A stretch of DNA of 64,000 nucleotides from a bacterium (GTDB taxonomy: Bacteria; Patescibacteriota; Dojkabacteria; JAKAPS01; JAJZLI01): contig JAJYFR010000001.1 of NCBI GenBank assembly GCA_021785355.1, positions 135,096 through 199,095 of the forward strand, in the 5' to 3' direction. A program made the translations under genes and the position numbers. This document shows positions 9,839-20,939 of this stretch, piece after piece. Numbering within the stretch: the stretch's first letter is position 1; each line of letters starts with the position of its first letter. The notes under the pieces were generated by a model that was given only the letters and a program-made list of their open reading frames with translations, was not told the origin of the DNA and ran no database searches.

Positions 9839-10252
9839 ATGTCTAGAATATCACAATTAGTAAGAAAACCTAGAAGAAGTAAATTAAAGAAAGTTAAGTA
9901 TAAGGCTTTATCTATTTCTTATAATACACTGAATAATAGGTATATAAAAACAAATTCTCCTTTTAAAAGAGGTGTTTGTACTGTAGTTAGAACAACTACT
10001 CCTAAAAAACCTAATTCAGCTTTACGTAAGATAGCTAGGATACGTCTTTCTAACAAAATGGAAGTTACTGCATATATTCCAGGTGAAGGGCATAAATTAC
10101 AGGAGCATTCTGTTGTTCTAATTAGAGCAGGAAGAGTGCCTGATGTTCCTGTTGCTAAATATCATGTAGTAAGAGGTACATATGATGATTCTGAAGGGGT
10201 TGAGAATAGGAAGAAAGCTAGATCAAGATATGGAACTAAAAGGTCGAAATAA
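9839..10252 (+). CDS. rpsL: 30S ribosomal protein S12
   Basis: [24 protein letters not shown]. Confidence 0.99.
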   Translation: MSRISQLVRKPRRSKLKKVKYKALSISYNTLNNRYIKTNSPFKRGVCTVVRTTTPKKPNSALRKIARIRLSNKMEVTAYIPGEGHKLQEHSVVLIRAGRVPDVPVAKYHVVRGTYDDSEGVENRKKARSRYGTKRSK

Positions 10253-10276
10253 TAATTTAATTTTAAATTTTTTAAT

Positions 10277-10741
10277 ATGAGAGGTAAAAAGGCACAGAAA
10301 AAAATAGTTAAACCTGACATTTTATATGGAAATGTTAATTTAGAAAAGTTCATTAATAAGTTAATGATGCATGGTAAAAAGTCTATAGCAAGAAGAATTA
10401 TGTATAATGCTTTAGATGAAGCATCAAGTGAACTTAAAATGGAACCGTTAGAATTATTTAACAAGATTATTGAAAATATATCACCTTCTGTAGAAGTTAA
10501 ATCAAGAAGATTAGGAGGTACTAATTATCAAGTACCTATTCCTGTATCTCCTGACAGACAAGTAACTTTATCTGTTAGATGGTTAATAAAGTCTGCTAGA
10601 GATAGAAAAGGTATTCCTATGGAAAAGAGATTGTATAAAGAATTTATTGATGCATATAATAATACAGGTGGAGCTGCTAAGAAAAAAACAGATATAGAAA
10701 AAATGGCAGAATCAAATAGAGCATTTTCTCATTTAGCTTAA
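10277..10741 (+). CDS. rpsG: 30S ribosomal protein S7
   Basis: [25 protein letters not shown]. Confidence 0.99.
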   Translation: MRGKKAQKKIVKPDILYGNVNLEKFINKLMMHGKKSIARRIMYNALDEASSELKMEPLELFNKIIENISPSVEVKSRRLGGTNYQVPIPVSPDRQVTLSVRWLIKSARDRKGIPMEKRLYKEFIDAYNNTGGAAKKKTDIEKMAESNRAFSHLA

Positions 10742-10763
10742 TTTAAGAAATAGAAAGAAACTT

Positions 10764-12821
10764 ATGGATAATATAAGAAATATAGGTATTATTGCACATA
10801 TAGATGCAGGTAAAACCACTAGTACTGAACGTATATTATACTATACTGGGAAAACTTATAAGATAGGTGAAGTTCATGAAGGAGAAGCTGTAATGGACTG
10901 GATGGAGCAAGAAAAGGAGAGAGGTATAACTATAACTTCTGCTGCTACAACAACTTTTTGGAAATTAGATGGAGTAAAATATAGAATAAATATTATAGAT
11001 ACACCAGGTCATGTAGATTTTACTGCAGAGGTAGAAAGATCATTAAGAGTATTAGATGGTGGTGTTGTTGTATTTGATGGAAAAATGGGTGTTGAACCTC
11101 AATCAGAAACAGTTTGGAGACAAGCTGATAAATATAATGTTCCAAGAATATGTTTTATAAATAAATTAGATGGAATAGGGGCAGATTTTTATATGTCTTG
11201 TGATTCTATTGTAGATAGATTAGGTGCTAATATTGTTGTAATGCAGTTACCTATAGGGGCAGAGAGTAATTTTAAAGGTTTAATAGATTTAGTTTCTAGA
11301 AAAGCATATATATATACTAATGATTTAGGTACAGACATAAAAGAAGAAGAAATTCCAGAGGATATGAAGGATTTAGTTGAAGAGAAGAGAAGTCTTCTTA
11401 TAGAGAAAGCATCAGAATCTGAAGATTCTCTAATGGAAAAATATTTAAATGGAGAGGAATTAACAGAAGATGAGATTCATCAAGGTATTAGATCTGGGGT
11501 TAGAAAAGGTACTTTATTTCCAATATTTGCAGGTAGTGCATTAAAAAATAAAGGATTTCAATTATTATTAGATGCAATTATACGATATTTGCCTTCACCA
11601 TTAGATGGAGGAGATATAAAGGCTTTAAATGATAAAGGAGAAGAAGTTAGTATTAAAGTTTCTTCAGATTCACCTTTTTGTGCTTTAGCATTTAAAATCA
11701 TGTCAGATCCTCATGTAGGTAAATTAACTTTTTTTAGAGTTTATTCTGGTAAAGTAAAAAAAGGTTCATTTATATATAACTCTACAAAAGGAGTAGAAGA
11801 AAGAGTATCTAGAATATTATTAATGCATGCAAATCATAGAGAAGAAACAGATGAATTATTAACAGGAGATATAGGAGCATTAGTAGGATTAAAAGATACT
11901 ATGACTGGAGATACTTTATCAGATAAAAGTAATAAAATTTTATTAGAGAGTATTACTTTTCCAGAACCTGTTGTATCTATTGCTATAGAACCAAAAACAA
12001 AAGCTGATCAAGAAAAAATGTCATTGGCTATTCACAAATTATCAGAAGAAGATCCTACTTTTAGAATGAATAGTGATTTAGAGACAGGACAAACAATTAT
12101 TTCTGGAATGGGAGAGTTACATCTAGATATATTAGTAGATCGAATGAGAAGAGAATTTGGAGTTGAAGCTAATGTAGGAGAACCTCAAGTTGCATATAGA
12201 GAAACAATTTCTTCAAAGGCTAATGCTGAAGGTAAATATATAAAGCAATCAGGAGGTAGAGGTCAATATGGACATTGTTTCTTAAGAATTGAACCAAGAG
12301 ATAGGGGAGAGGGCTTCAAATTTTCAAGTGAAATAAAAGGAGGAGCAATTCCTCAAGAGTATATACCAGCTATTGAAAAAGGAATAATAGAAACTATGAA
12401 TGCAGGTATTATAGCAGGTTATCCTGTTGTAGATGTTAGTGTTACTGTATATGATGGATCTTTCCATGAAGTAGACTCATCTGAAATGGCTTTTAAAATT
12501 GCAGCTTCAATGGCTTTTAAAGATGCTATGAGAAGTGCAAATCCAATATTATTAGAGCCTGTAATGAAAGTAGAAGTAGTAACACCTGAAGAGTTTATGG
12601 GTACAATTACAGGAAATCTAACAGGAAAGAGAGGTATTATGATAGGATCTGAATTAAGAGGAAATGCTAGAGTTATAGAAGTCGAAGTTCCTTTAGCTAA
12701 TATGTTCGGATTTACAACAGAATTACGTTCAATGTCATCTGGAAGAGCTTCTTCAACAATGGAATTTAATAAGTATGAAATTGTCCCTAGAAATATTGTA
12801 GAAGAAATTGCTAAAAAATAA
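10764..12821 (+). CDS. fusA: Elongation factor G
   Basis: [35 protein letters not shown]. Confidence 0.99.
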   Translation: MDNIRNIGIIAHIDAGKTTSTERILYYTGKTYKIGEVHEGEAVMDWMEQEKERGITITSAATTTFWKLDGVKYRINIIDTPGHVDFTAEVERSLRVLDGGVVVFDGKMGVEPQSETVWRQADKYNVPRICFINKLDGIGADFYMSCDSIVDRLGANIVVMQLPIGAESNFKGLIDLVSRKAYIYTNDLGTDIKEEEIPEDMKDLVEEKRSLLIEKASESEDSLMEKYLNGEELTEDEIHQGIRSGVRKGTLFPIFAGSALKNKGFQLLLDAIIRYLPSPLDGGDIKALNDKGEEVSIKVSSDSPFCALAFKIMSDPHVGKLTFFRVYSGKVKKGSFIYNSTKGVEERVSRILLMHANHREETDELLTGDIGALVGLKDTMTGDTLSDKSNKILLESITFPEPVVSIAIEPKTKADQEKMSLAIHKLSEEDPTFRMNSDLETGQTIISGMGELHLDILVDRMRREFGVEANVGEPQVAYRETISSKANAEGKYIKQSGGRGQYGHCFLRIEPRDRGEGFKFSSEIKGGAIPQEYIPAIEKGIIETMNAGIIAGYPVVDVSVTVYDGSFHEVDSSEMAFKIAASMAFKDAMRSANPILLEPVMKVEVVTPEEFMGTITGNLTGKRGIMIGSELRGNARVIEVEVPLANMFGFTTELRSMSSGRASSTMEFNKYEIVPRNIVEEIAKK

Positions 12822-12852
12822 TATTTTTAAAATGATATAATTGTTGAGGAAA

Positions 12853-12936
12853 GCCGAGATGGCGGAATTGGTAGACGCACAGGACTCAAAATCCTGCGAG
12901 GATTTCCTCATGAGGGTTCGATTCCCTCTTTCGGCA
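12853..12936 (+). tRNA. tRNA-Leu(CAA)
   Basis: Cloverleaf, anticodon arm CAGGA-CTCAAAA-TCCTG, long variable arm, GGTTCGATTCC; TGATATAAT upstream at 12833-12841; CCA not encoded. Confidence 0.97.
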
Positions 12937-12953
12937 TTTTAAGTTACATAATT

Positions 12954-13502
12954 ATGGCTGTATTAACATCAGGACAATTAAGATCAGGTATAGTATATAA
13001 AGACGGGAGTGAAATATATCTTGTTTTAAAATATGAACATGTTACTCAAGGTAGAGGTGGAACTACAATTAAAGTTAAAGTAAGAAATTTAAGATCTAAT
13101 GCTACATTAGAGAAAGGATATAACGTTAATGATAAATTTGAAGATATAAATGTCTATAAATCTTCTTCTCAATTTTTATACTCCGAAGGAGATATGTTAT
13201 ATTTCATGGATTCAAATACATATAACCAAGTAGAATTTAAGATGGAAAATAAATATCTTGTTGGTGGTGAAAAAGTAATAATTACTTACTTAGAAGATTC
13301 TCCAATAAATATAGAATTACCTAATACTGTTATTTTAAAAGTTGAATATACTGAATCTTCTATCAAAGGTAATACTGTAAATAACCCATTAAAACAGGCG
13401 AAATTAGAGACAGGGTTAGAAGTTATGGTGCCTATGTTTATCAATATAGGAGATTCTATTAAGATAAATACAGAAAATAATGAATATGTTGGAAAAGCTT
13501 AA
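12954..13502 (+). CDS. efp: Elongation factor P
   Basis: GRG loop, YFMD, KQAKLETG..V.VPMFI..GD. Confidence 0.96.
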   Translation: MAVLTSGQLRSGIVYKDGSEIYLVLKYEHVTQGRGGTTIKVKVRNLRSNATLEKGYNVNDKFEDINVYKSSSQFLYSEGDMLYFMDSNTYNQVEFKMENKYLVGGEKVIITYLEDSPINIELPNTVILKVEYTESSIKGNTVNNPLKQAKLETGLEVMVPMFINIGDSIKINTENNEYVGKA

Positions 13503-14772
13503 TCAATTTGAACTAGATAATAAGATAAAACTTTTTACATATAATCTTCCTAATTCTCAGTTTATTTCTATAAATATTTTAGTTAATATCGGTACAAGAG
13601 ATGAAGGAGAAGATGAAATTAATATAGCACATCTTCTTGAGCATACTATATTTTCTGGTACTAATAGTCGTAAAGATAGTAAAACCATAAGTTTTGAATT
13701 AGAAACTTTAGGTGGAAATATGAATGCAGCCACAACAGATGAATATACTATATATTCAGTAAATATCCCATATATTAATTTTTTAGAAGCGTTAGATATA
13801 ATATCTGATATATTTATAAATTCTATTTTTAATGATGAATCTGTAAATTTAGAGAAAGGTATAGTTAAACAAGAATTAGATATGAAAAAAGATAATAATA
13901 CTTTTGTTGTTTATGATAATATTATGTCTCTCATTTATGACGGTAATAAAGGTGGTCTTTCTAAAAATTTAGATCAAAATATCTCTATGTTAAGTAGTAT
14001 TAATAGAGATAAGGTTGTGAATTTTATTTCTAAAAAATATACAAATGATAATGTTTTTATATCTGTAGTAGGGAATATATCAGATTATAATGTTTTAGAT
14101 GAAGTAAATAAGAAGTTTGAGACTAAAAAATATAATAAAAGTGAATATAAAAGAGATAAAATTATTATTAATAATAAAAAGAATAAAATTATTAAAGTAG
14201 ATGAGAACGTAAATCAATCAAATTTTGTCTTGGCTATGGAAAGTTTTCCTTTTAAATCTGATAAATACTATCAATTAATATTGATGAGTTGTATTTTAGG
14301 TGGAGGTGAAGGGTCTATGCTTTTTCAATTATTAAGAAATAAACTAGGTATAGCTTATTATGTATATTCTTATAATACATTTTATACAGATAATGGTTTT
14401 TTCTATATATCTTCAGGTATTGAAAATTCGAAGTTTATATATGCTTTGGAAGAAATAATTAATATGCTTAATAAATTCAAAAAAGGTAATTTTACTGAAA
14501 AAGATTTAAATAGAGCTAAAGGTTATGCAATAGGTGGAATATTATCAGAATTAGAGTCTGCTGAAAATATTTCGAATTTCATACTCAATGATTATATTAT
14601 GTTGAATAAAGTTAGAGACCAAGATGAAATTAAAGATAATATAAGTTCAGTTAAAAAAGAAGATATAGTAAATGTTTTTAATGAAATATATAAAAATTTA
14701 TATTTATCTGCGATAACAAATAATTTTTATGAAGAAGAAATTTATGATAATATATTAAATAATGTTATATGA
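13480..14772 (+). CDS. M16 (pitrilysin) family zinc peptidase
   Basis: HLLEH (HxxEH), GGNMNAAT, SMLFQLLRNKLGIAY. Confidence 0.93.
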   Translation: MNMLEKLNQFELDNKIKLFTYNLPNSQFISINILVNIGTRDEGEDEINIAHLLEHTIFSGTNSRKDSKTISFELETLGGNMNAATTDEYTIYSVNIPYINFLEALDIISDIFINSIFNDESVNLEKGIVKQELDMKKDNNTFVVYDNIMSLIYDGNKGGLSKNLDQNISMLSSINRDKVVNFISKKYTNDNVFISVVGNISDYNVLDEVNKKFETKKYNKSEYKRDKIIINNKKNKIIKVDENVNQSNFVLAMESFPFKSDKYYQLILMSCILGGGEGSMLFQLLRNKLGIAYYVYSYNTFYTDNGFFYISSGIENSKFIYALEEIINMLNKFKKGNFTEKDLNRAKGYAIGGILSELESAENISNFILNDYIMLNKVRDQDEIKDNISSVKKEDIVNVFNEIYKNLYLSAITNNFYEEEIYDNILNNVI

Positions 14773-15328
14773 TTATTTATTTAATATACTTTTATTTATA
14801 ATATCTTCTCTTATTCTTTGGATTGTTTTCTATAGGAGTAAAGTAATATCTAATAATGATTTTTGGGACTATATTTTTATATTATTTATATTTACAGTCA
14901 TTGGTTACAAACTCCTTTCATATAATGGAGTAATAATCTTTGGGATTTTAGGAACACTTATTTTTTCTAAATTAAAAAGTTATAGTTATTATGATATATT
15001 TGATTTTTACGCATTATTTCTCTCTATATTTTTCATATTAGATTTTATTTCACAAGGTTTTATATATTTTCTAATTATATTGTTAGTATCAATATGTATA
15101 ATTCTTCTTAGAAAAGTTGTAAAAGGCTATGGTATGGTAATATTTTTATTAATATATTCTGTGATGTATTTTTTAAATCATTCTTTATGGATATTTCACA
15201 AAAATTATATTTATAATTTAGATTTAGATGTAATATTTATTTTTATGTCTCTTTTATTCTTAGGATTAAAATTATTCTTTTCTAATGAGAATAATGATTA
15301 TAGTAATATATTGAAACATAAAATTTAA
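14762..15328 (+). CDS. Polytopic membrane protein, possibly a degenerate Lgt-like protein
   Basis: About 6 hydrophobic segments; SYNG..FG and FD patterns recall Lgt; catalytic motifs not evident. Confidence 0.45.
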   Translation: MLYDYLFNILLFIISSLILWIVFYRSKVISNNDFWDYIFILFIFTVIGYKLLSYNGVIIFGILGTLIFSKLKSYSYYDIFDFYALFLSIFFILDFISQGFIYFLIILLVSICIILLRKVVKGYGMVIFLLIYSVMYFLNHSLWIFHKNYIYNLDLDVIFIFMSLLFLGLKLFFSNENNDYSNILKHKI

Positions 15329-15437
15329 AAATCCATATCTAATTTCAATTAAAAATTTATTATAGACATATACTAATGTATATAATACTAACAGTTTACA
15401 ATAATTTTTGTTATGATATAATAAGGGGCAAAAAAAT

Positions 15438-15776
15438 ATGAATATAGAAGATATACAAAAAAAATTAGAGAAAGAGAGATTGAAGGTACAGAAGCAAATA
15501 GATACTATTGATAAATCTATACAGTCTTTGCCTGATTCTGAAATAGCAGAGGAATTTGAAGGTGCAGATATAATGAACAGTAAAATAGAAAGCTTTGAGA
15601 TTAAAGATAACATGGAGACTCTCCTTAAGGATATAAATTTAGCATTATTAAGAATTAAAAAAAATAAATATGGGGTATGTGAGAATTGTAAATTAAATAT
15701 TGAACCTAAAAGATTAGATTTATATCCTTTTGCCAAATATTGCACTAAATGCATGGATGAGTTTGATAATGAATGA
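15438..15776 (+). CDS. TraR/DksA C4-type zinc finger protein
   Basis: Coiled coil followed by YGVCENC...I...RL..YP.A.YCTKC. Confidence 0.92.
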   Translation: MNIEDIQKKLEKERLKVQKQIDTIDKSIQSLPDSEIAEEFEGADIMNSKIESFEIKDNMETLLKDINLALLRIKKNKYGVCENCKLNIEPKRLDLYPFAKYCTKCMDEFDNE

Positions 15777-16707
15777 TTCTAATATTTTTAATTTAAAATC
15801 TGAATATTCAAATAGATTAGATATAGTATTATCCGATTCATTAAATAAATCCAGAAATTATTTTCGTAAATTAATAAAAGATGGTTTTGTTACTGTTAAT
15901 GGCAATATTGTAAGGAAAACTAAATTTAAAGTTAATAAAGATGATTTATTAGAATATAGAGATTTTAAATATGTAGACGATATATCTAATATAATTCCTC
16001 AAAAAATAAAGATAGATATTATATATGAGGATGAAAATGTATTAGTTATAAATAAAAAAGCAGGTATTGTAGTACATCCAGGTACAGGGAATTCAAAGAA
16101 TACTCTTTTAAATGGGATAATATTTAAATTAAAATTTGATAATATATTAACTGAGAGACCAGGTGTTGTGCATAGATTAGATAAACATACTTCAGGTGTA
16201 ATAATTTTTGCTAAAAATATAGAAACTTCAGACTTTTTAATAGAACAATTTAAGAATAGAGAAGTGGAGAAAAAATATATAGCACTTGCTAAAGGTATAA
16301 TTACCTCTAATAATAAGAAAGTAGTAAGAATGGATGATCGTAATTTCTATATAAAAGGGAAAATAGAGAGAAGTCATTCTAATAGAAAACTTTTTATTCT
16401 TTCTGATAAAGGAAAAGATGCTATAACTTATTTTAAGATAATAAAATATATAGATAGAGATTTCACTTTATTAGAAGTTTACCCGAAGACAGGAAGAACT
16501 CACCAGATTCGAGTATCTTTAGCAAATATTAATCATCCTGTTGTTGGAGATAAACTTTATTCTAGAAAATCAATAGCATATCCTCATATGTTTTTACATG
16601 CTTATTCTTTAAAATTAAAATTGCCAAATGTAGGATATAAAGAATTTAATGCTAAACTTCCTAACTTTTGGAGAAATATACCAGGCGTATCTAAGTTATA
16701 TAAATAA
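15769..16707 (+). CDS. rluD: RluA/RluD family pseudouridine synthase
   Basis: S4 domain (RLD), NKKAGIVVHPG, VHRLDKHTSG, TGRTHQIR; ATG at 15769 overlapping the DksA stop preferred over TTG at 15730. Confidence 0.93.
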   Translation: MNDSNIFNLKSEYSNRLDIVLSDSLNKSRNYFRKLIKDGFVTVNGNIVRKTKFKVNKDDLLEYRDFKYVDDISNIIPQKIKIDIIYEDENVLVINKKAGIVVHPGTGNSKNTLLNGIIFKLKFDNILTERPGVVHRLDKHTSGVIIFAKNIETSDFLIEQFKNREVEKKYIALAKGIITSNNKKVVRMDDRNFYIKGKIERSHSNRKLFILSDKGKDAITYFKIIKYIDRDFTLLEVYPKTGRTHQIRVSLANINHPVVGDKLYSRKSIAYPHMFLHAYSLKLKLPNVGYKEFNAKLPNFWRNIPGVSKLYK

Positions 16708-16709
16708 AT

Positions 16710-17012
16710 ATGTCTCAAAAATTTATAAAGAGAAATGAAAGTTTTGTTTGTCAAAACTGTGGTTTTTTTAATACAGAAGATAAGAATGGGTCTTGTAGAA
16801 ATCATTGTGCAGAATGTCTTTATTCAATGCATCTTGATATTTATCCAGGAGATAGAAAATCATACTGTAAATCTTTAATGAAACCTATGTATATGGAGAT
16901 GAAAGGTGATAATATAGTTATATATCATAAATGTATATCTTGTAAGATTTTAAAGAAAAATAAAGCTTCAAGAGAAGATAATTTATCTATATTATATGAA
17001 GAAAAAAAATAA
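16710..17012 (+). CDS. RNHCP domain zinc-binding protein
   Basis: FVCQNCG, RNHCAECLYS.H.D..PGDR...C. Confidence 0.88.
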   Translation: MSQKFIKRNESFVCQNCGFFNTEDKNGSCRNHCAECLYSMHLDIYPGDRKSYCKSLMKPMYMEMKGDNIVIYHKCISCKILKKNKASREDNLSILYEEKK

Positions 17013-18135
17013 GTTAAAAATAACAATTTTTATAATATTAATTCTATTTTTAGTTTATATTATTAGTGTATTTGTTATATCTATTTTTTCATTTAATAAT
17101 CTTAAATTAAATAATGATATAGGTTATCAAGGAAATGATTATAATTGGAATTCTACAAATACCATTAATGTGTTAGTAGTATATGAATCTAAAGTTAACA
17201 ATTATTATCTGAACACTTATAATTCTATAATGTCTATTGACCCTTCTGGTCAAGTAGCATTTTTAAATATACCTGATAATATGAAGATTGCAACATCTTC
17301 AAATACTTATCAAAAATTAAATACAATATACCCCTTAGGTGATCTTAATTCTAATAAAAATGGAATGAATGATTTGTTGAAATATCTAAGATATAGCTTA
17401 GCTTTACCTATACAAGGTTATATATCTTTTAGTTCTTCTGGCATAAAAGGTCTAAATGTTAGTATTTATTCAAACATTAAATATAAAAATATCATAAAAA
17501 ATGGGGAAAATAATCTTAATTCAAAACAGATGAATTATATTTTATCCATAAAAACAGACAATAACAGTACTCTATATCTGAAAAATTTAATATTTAATAA
17601 TTTATTATTTTCTTTTGTAAATCCAATCTCTTTGATAAATTATAAGAGTAGAGTAGTGGCCTTTAAGAACCTATTCTATTCAAATATTAATTCAAAGGGA
17701 TTTTCAAACCTGCTTATAGATTTTTATAAAATAGGTATAAATAATATTAAATACAATTATTTGCCATATAGTAATAAGATAAATTTAACGAATACAGATA
17801 ATTACATACAATCAAATTTCACAGATAATACTTTTTCTAATAGTGGTGTGTCTGTACAAATATTAGATGCTTCTAATAGTAATTTTGCAGTTTATCAGTT
17901 TAGTAGATACATACAGAATTTAGGAGGAAATATATCTTCCATTGGAATCTATAATAGCAATACTTACAAAGATATAATATTTGTAGGGAATTTAAGTAAA
18001 TACGGATACGAAGTAAATGTCATTAAAGATATTTTAGGACCTAATAATGTTATAATAAAAGACAATAACCCTAATTTCTTCTATACAGGGACTATAATAG
18101 TAGTTTTAGGGCAAGTAGATAATTATATTTATTAA
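16996..18135 (+). CDS. LytR/CpsA/Psr-like protein with LytR C-terminal domain
   Basis: TM anchor, LNIPDN (cf. SIPRD), C-terminal VQILDAS...IIVVLG; degenerate. Confidence 0.7.
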   Translation: MKKKNKLKITIFIILILFLVYIISVFVISIFSFNNLKLNNDIGYQGNDYNWNSTNTINVLVVYESKVNNYYLNTYNSIMSIDPSGQVAFLNIPDNMKIATSSNTYQKLNTIYPLGDLNSNKNGMNDLLKYLRYSLALPIQGYISFSSSGIKGLNVSIYSNIKYKNIIKNGENNLNSKQMNYILSIKTDNNSTLYLKNLIFNNLLFSFVNPISLINYKSRVVAFKNLFYSNINSKGFSNLLIDFYKIGINNIKYNYLPYSNKINLTNTDNYIQSNFTDNTFSNSGVSVQILDASNSNFAVYQFSRYIQNLGGNISSIGIYNSNTYKDIIFVGNLSKYGYEVNVIKDILGPNNVIIKDNNPNFFYTGTIIVVLGQVDNYIY

Positions 18136-18138
18136 TGT

Positions 18139-18909
18139 ATGTCTGGACATTCAAAGTGGTCTACAATTAAAAGAGCAAAAGAATCTAATGATTTGAGAAA
18201 AGCAAAATTGTTTACTAAAGCTTTAAATCAAATAGTATTAGCTGTTAGGAATGGTGGTTCTAATATAGATAATAACTTTATCTTAAAAACTTCTATAGAA
18301 AAAGCTAAAAGCTTAAATGTTCCATCTTCTTCAATAGATAATGCAATAAGAAAAGGTTCAGGTGTAGATAAAGATGAAGATAAATTTGAATCTGTGTTTT
18401 ACGAAGCTTATGGGCCAGGAAATACATCTTTATTGATAGAGTGCTATACTGACAATAAGAATAGAGTTATATCTGAAATTAGGTTCGTTTTAGATCGAAA
18501 TAAAGGCAAATTAGTTAACAATGGTACATTGGATTGGCAGTTTGATTTACAGATGCTTTTTACTTTAAAAATCACTGATACTAAAAGTACAAAAGATAGT
18601 TGGAGAGATGTTAATAAAGAAAGGGATATTTCTAATTTAGAAGAATTTGAAATAGATATATTAGATGTAGATGGTTTAATTGATTATAGTTTTGATGAAG
18701 GTTTCGCATATATTTATGTTGATCCACTAAAAATAGATGCTTTTAAAATTTTTTTTGAAAGTAAGTTATTGAGAGTAGATAATATTGAGAAAGTTTTTAT
18801 TCCTAAAATTAAAATTGATATTAAAGAGGAAGATTTAGCAGATAATCAGTGTTTAATAGAATTACTTGAAGATTTAACAGATATTAATGGTGTATATTAT
18901 AATTTTTAA
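18139..18909 (+). CDS. yebC: YebC/PmpR family protein
   Basis: MSGHSKWSTIKR, YEAYGPG, TDNKNR. Confidence 0.96.
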   Translation: MSGHSKWSTIKRAKESNDLRKAKLFTKALNQIVLAVRNGGSNIDNNFILKTSIEKAKSLNVPSSSIDNAIRKGSGVDKDEDKFESVFYEAYGPGNTSLLIECYTDNKNRVISEIRFVLDRNKGKLVNNGTLDWQFDLQMLFTLKITDTKSTKDSWRDVNKERDISNLEEFEIDILDVDGLIDYSFDEGFAYIYVDPLKIDAFKIFFESKLLRVDNIEKVFIPKIKIDIKEEDLADNQCLIELLEDLTDINGVYYNF

Positions 18910-18911
18910 AC

Positions 18912-19394
18912 ATGTCTAAATTTATATTAGGAATAGATCCTGGTTTTGCTATTTTAGGATGGGGTATTATAGAAGTGGATTCAAAAAAAATAATCAGTAC
19001 AAATTGGGGAGCAATAACTTCTCATTCATCTGAGAAAATAGAATATAGACTTTTAAAAATCTATGAAGGATTAACTCAGATAATCAGTCTATATAAACCA
19101 GAAGAAATGTCTTTAGAAAAGGTCTTTTTTAATAAAAATGCAAAAACTGTTATTTCTGTAAGTCAATCTCAGGGTATAGTTTTACTACTCTCAGCTCTCT
19201 ATAAAATACCTATTTTTGAATATACTCCATTACAAGTAAAGAGTGCTCTAACAGGTTATGGTAATTCAGATAAACAACAAGTTCAAAATATGTTAAAATT
19301 ACTACTGAAACTAGAAGAGATTCCAAAGCCAGATGATGCAGCAGACGGATTAGCTTTAGCTTTATGTCATTTACAAACAAATAGATTTATATGA
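18912..19394 (+). CDS. ruvC: Holliday junction resolvase RuvC
   Basis: ILGIDPG, EYTPLQVK, PDDAADGLA. Confidence 0.98.
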   Translation: MSKFILGIDPGFAILGWGIIEVDSKKIISTNWGAITSHSSEKIEYRLLKIYEGLTQIISLYKPEEMSLEKVFFNKNAKTVISVSQSQGIVLLLSALYKIPIFEYTPLQVKSALTGYGNSDKQQVQNMLKLLLKLEEIPKPDDAADGLALALCHLQTNRFI

Positions 19395-19972
19395 TAGGTT
19401 ATTTAAAAGGGATTATTAAATATTTTGACAAGAATTACGTGGTAGTACTTGTTAATGGAGTAGGTTATAGAGTAGAGGTACCTTCAAATTTAGTAGAATT
19501 AATAGGAACTGATGCTGAGGTTGAATTATATATTTATCCAGAAGTATCTGAAAGATCTTCAAGATTGTTTGGTTTTTTAGATAAGGAGACATTAGATTTA
19601 TTTGAACTTTTAATAACAGTAAATGGTGTTGGTCCTAAAGCTGCACTAAATATACTTTCTCGGGCCAGTTTAAAAGATCTGATGAGTGCTATAAATGAAT
19701 CAGATGTTAATTTTTTATCATCTTTACCTTCTTTAGGCAAGAAAACGGCAGAGAAGATAATATTAGATTTAAAGGGTAAAATTTCTTTAGATATTAATAT
19801 AGGTAATTGGAGTGAGGTAAGAAGTGCTTTAGTGAATTTGGGATATTCTAATATAGAAGTAGATTCAATATACTCAGTTTTTAAAGAAAAGTATGGTGAT
19901 TCTACAGATTTAAGTAATTCTGTACGTATGGCAATTTCACTTTTAAAAGGAGATAAGAAAAATTATGAGTAA
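19391..19972 (+). CDS. ruvA: Holliday junction branch migration protein RuvA
   Basis: MIGYLKG, VNGVGY, VNGVGPKAA, GKKTAEKIILDL. Confidence 0.98.
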   Translation: MIGYLKGIIKYFDKNYVVVLVNGVGYRVEVPSNLVELIGTDAEVELYIYPEVSERSSRLFGFLDKETLDLFELLITVNGVGPKAALNILSRASLKDLMSAINESDVNFLSSLPSLGKKTAEKIILDLKGKISLDINIGNWSEVRSALVNLGYSNIEVDSIYSVFKEKYGDSTDLSNSVRMAISLLKGDKKNYE

Positions 19973-20939
19973 AGATGTATTAAATATTAGGCCAAGTAGT
20001 TTTAATGATATTATTGGCAGAGAAAAGGAAAAGAAAGGCTTATCTATATTGATAGATTCTGCAAGATCTAGGAATGAACCTTTAGATCATATTCTTTTCT
20101 ATGGTCCTCCTGGATTAGGTAAGACAACTCTATCTAATGTAGTTGCAAGTGAGATGGGAGTAAATATACAAATAACTTCTGGTCCTGCATTAACAAGAGC
20201 TGCAGATATTGCATCTATAGTAACAAGTTTATCAAGAGGTGATATTTTATTTATAGATGAGATTCATAGATTGAATAGGGTTATAGAGGAAAAGTTATAT
20301 TCTGTTATGGAGGATTACGCATTAGATATAGTGGTAGGAACTGGGCCTTCTGCAAAGATATTAAGGTTAGATTTGGAACCTTTCACTATAATTGGTGCTA
20401 CTACTAGAATCGGTCTTATTTCTGCTCCTTTAAGAGAAAGATTTGGATCTATTTTTAGATTAGATTTCTATTCTCAGGCAGATATGGAAGAAATAATAAA
20501 ACGTAGTGCATTGGTATTAGATTTGAAGTTAACAAAAGAGGCTATATCAGATATTGCTGCCAGGAGCAGAGGTACAGCAAGAATAGCGAATCGAATGTTA
20601 AAAAGGGTTAGAGATTATGCGCATGTTTATAAAGTTGATTTAATTGATGATAAGGTTGTGAACAGTGCTTTTGAGGTACAAAGTATAGATAAAATGGGTT
20701 TAAGTGATTTAGATTTAAAAGTATTAGAGATAGTAGTAAAAAATTTTAAAGGAGGACCTGTTGGGGTTGAAACAATAGCAGATGCAGTATTTGAAGAAGT
20801 AGATACAATAGTAGATGTATGTGAACCATTTTTAATACAGTCTGGTTTTTTGAAAAAGACTCCAAGGGGTAGAGTAGCTACAAAATTCGCATTTGATTAC
20901 TTAGATATTCCATATAATGAAGAACTTTCTTTTATCTGA
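19965..20939 (+). CDS. ruvB: Holliday junction helicase RuvB
   Basis: GPPGLGKTTL, LFIDEIHRL, GATTR, TPRGR. Confidence 0.99.
   Translation: MSKDVLNIRPSSFNDIIGREKEKKGLSILIDSARSRNEPLDHILFYGPPGLGKTTLSNVVASEMGVNIQITSGPALTRAADIASIVTSLSRGDILFIDEIHRLNRVIEEKLYSVMEDYALDIVVGTGPSAKILRLDLEPFTIIGATTRIGLISAPLRERFGSIFRLDFYSQADMEEIIKRSALVLDLKLTKEAISDIAARSRGTARIANRMLKRVRDYAHVYKVDLIDDKVVNSAFEVQSIDKMGLSDLDLKVLEIVVKNFKGGPVGVETIADAVFEEVDTIVDVCEPFLIQSGFLKKTPRGRVATKFAFDYLDIPYNEELSFI

Noticed and set aside
3897-10464. Minus-strand ORFs at 3897, 4316, 7267 and 10162
   Set aside because: Antisense shadows of rpoB, rpoC, rpsL and rpsG
15272-19740. Minus-strand ORFs at 15272, 16602 and 19534
   Set aside because: Antisense to well-supported genes
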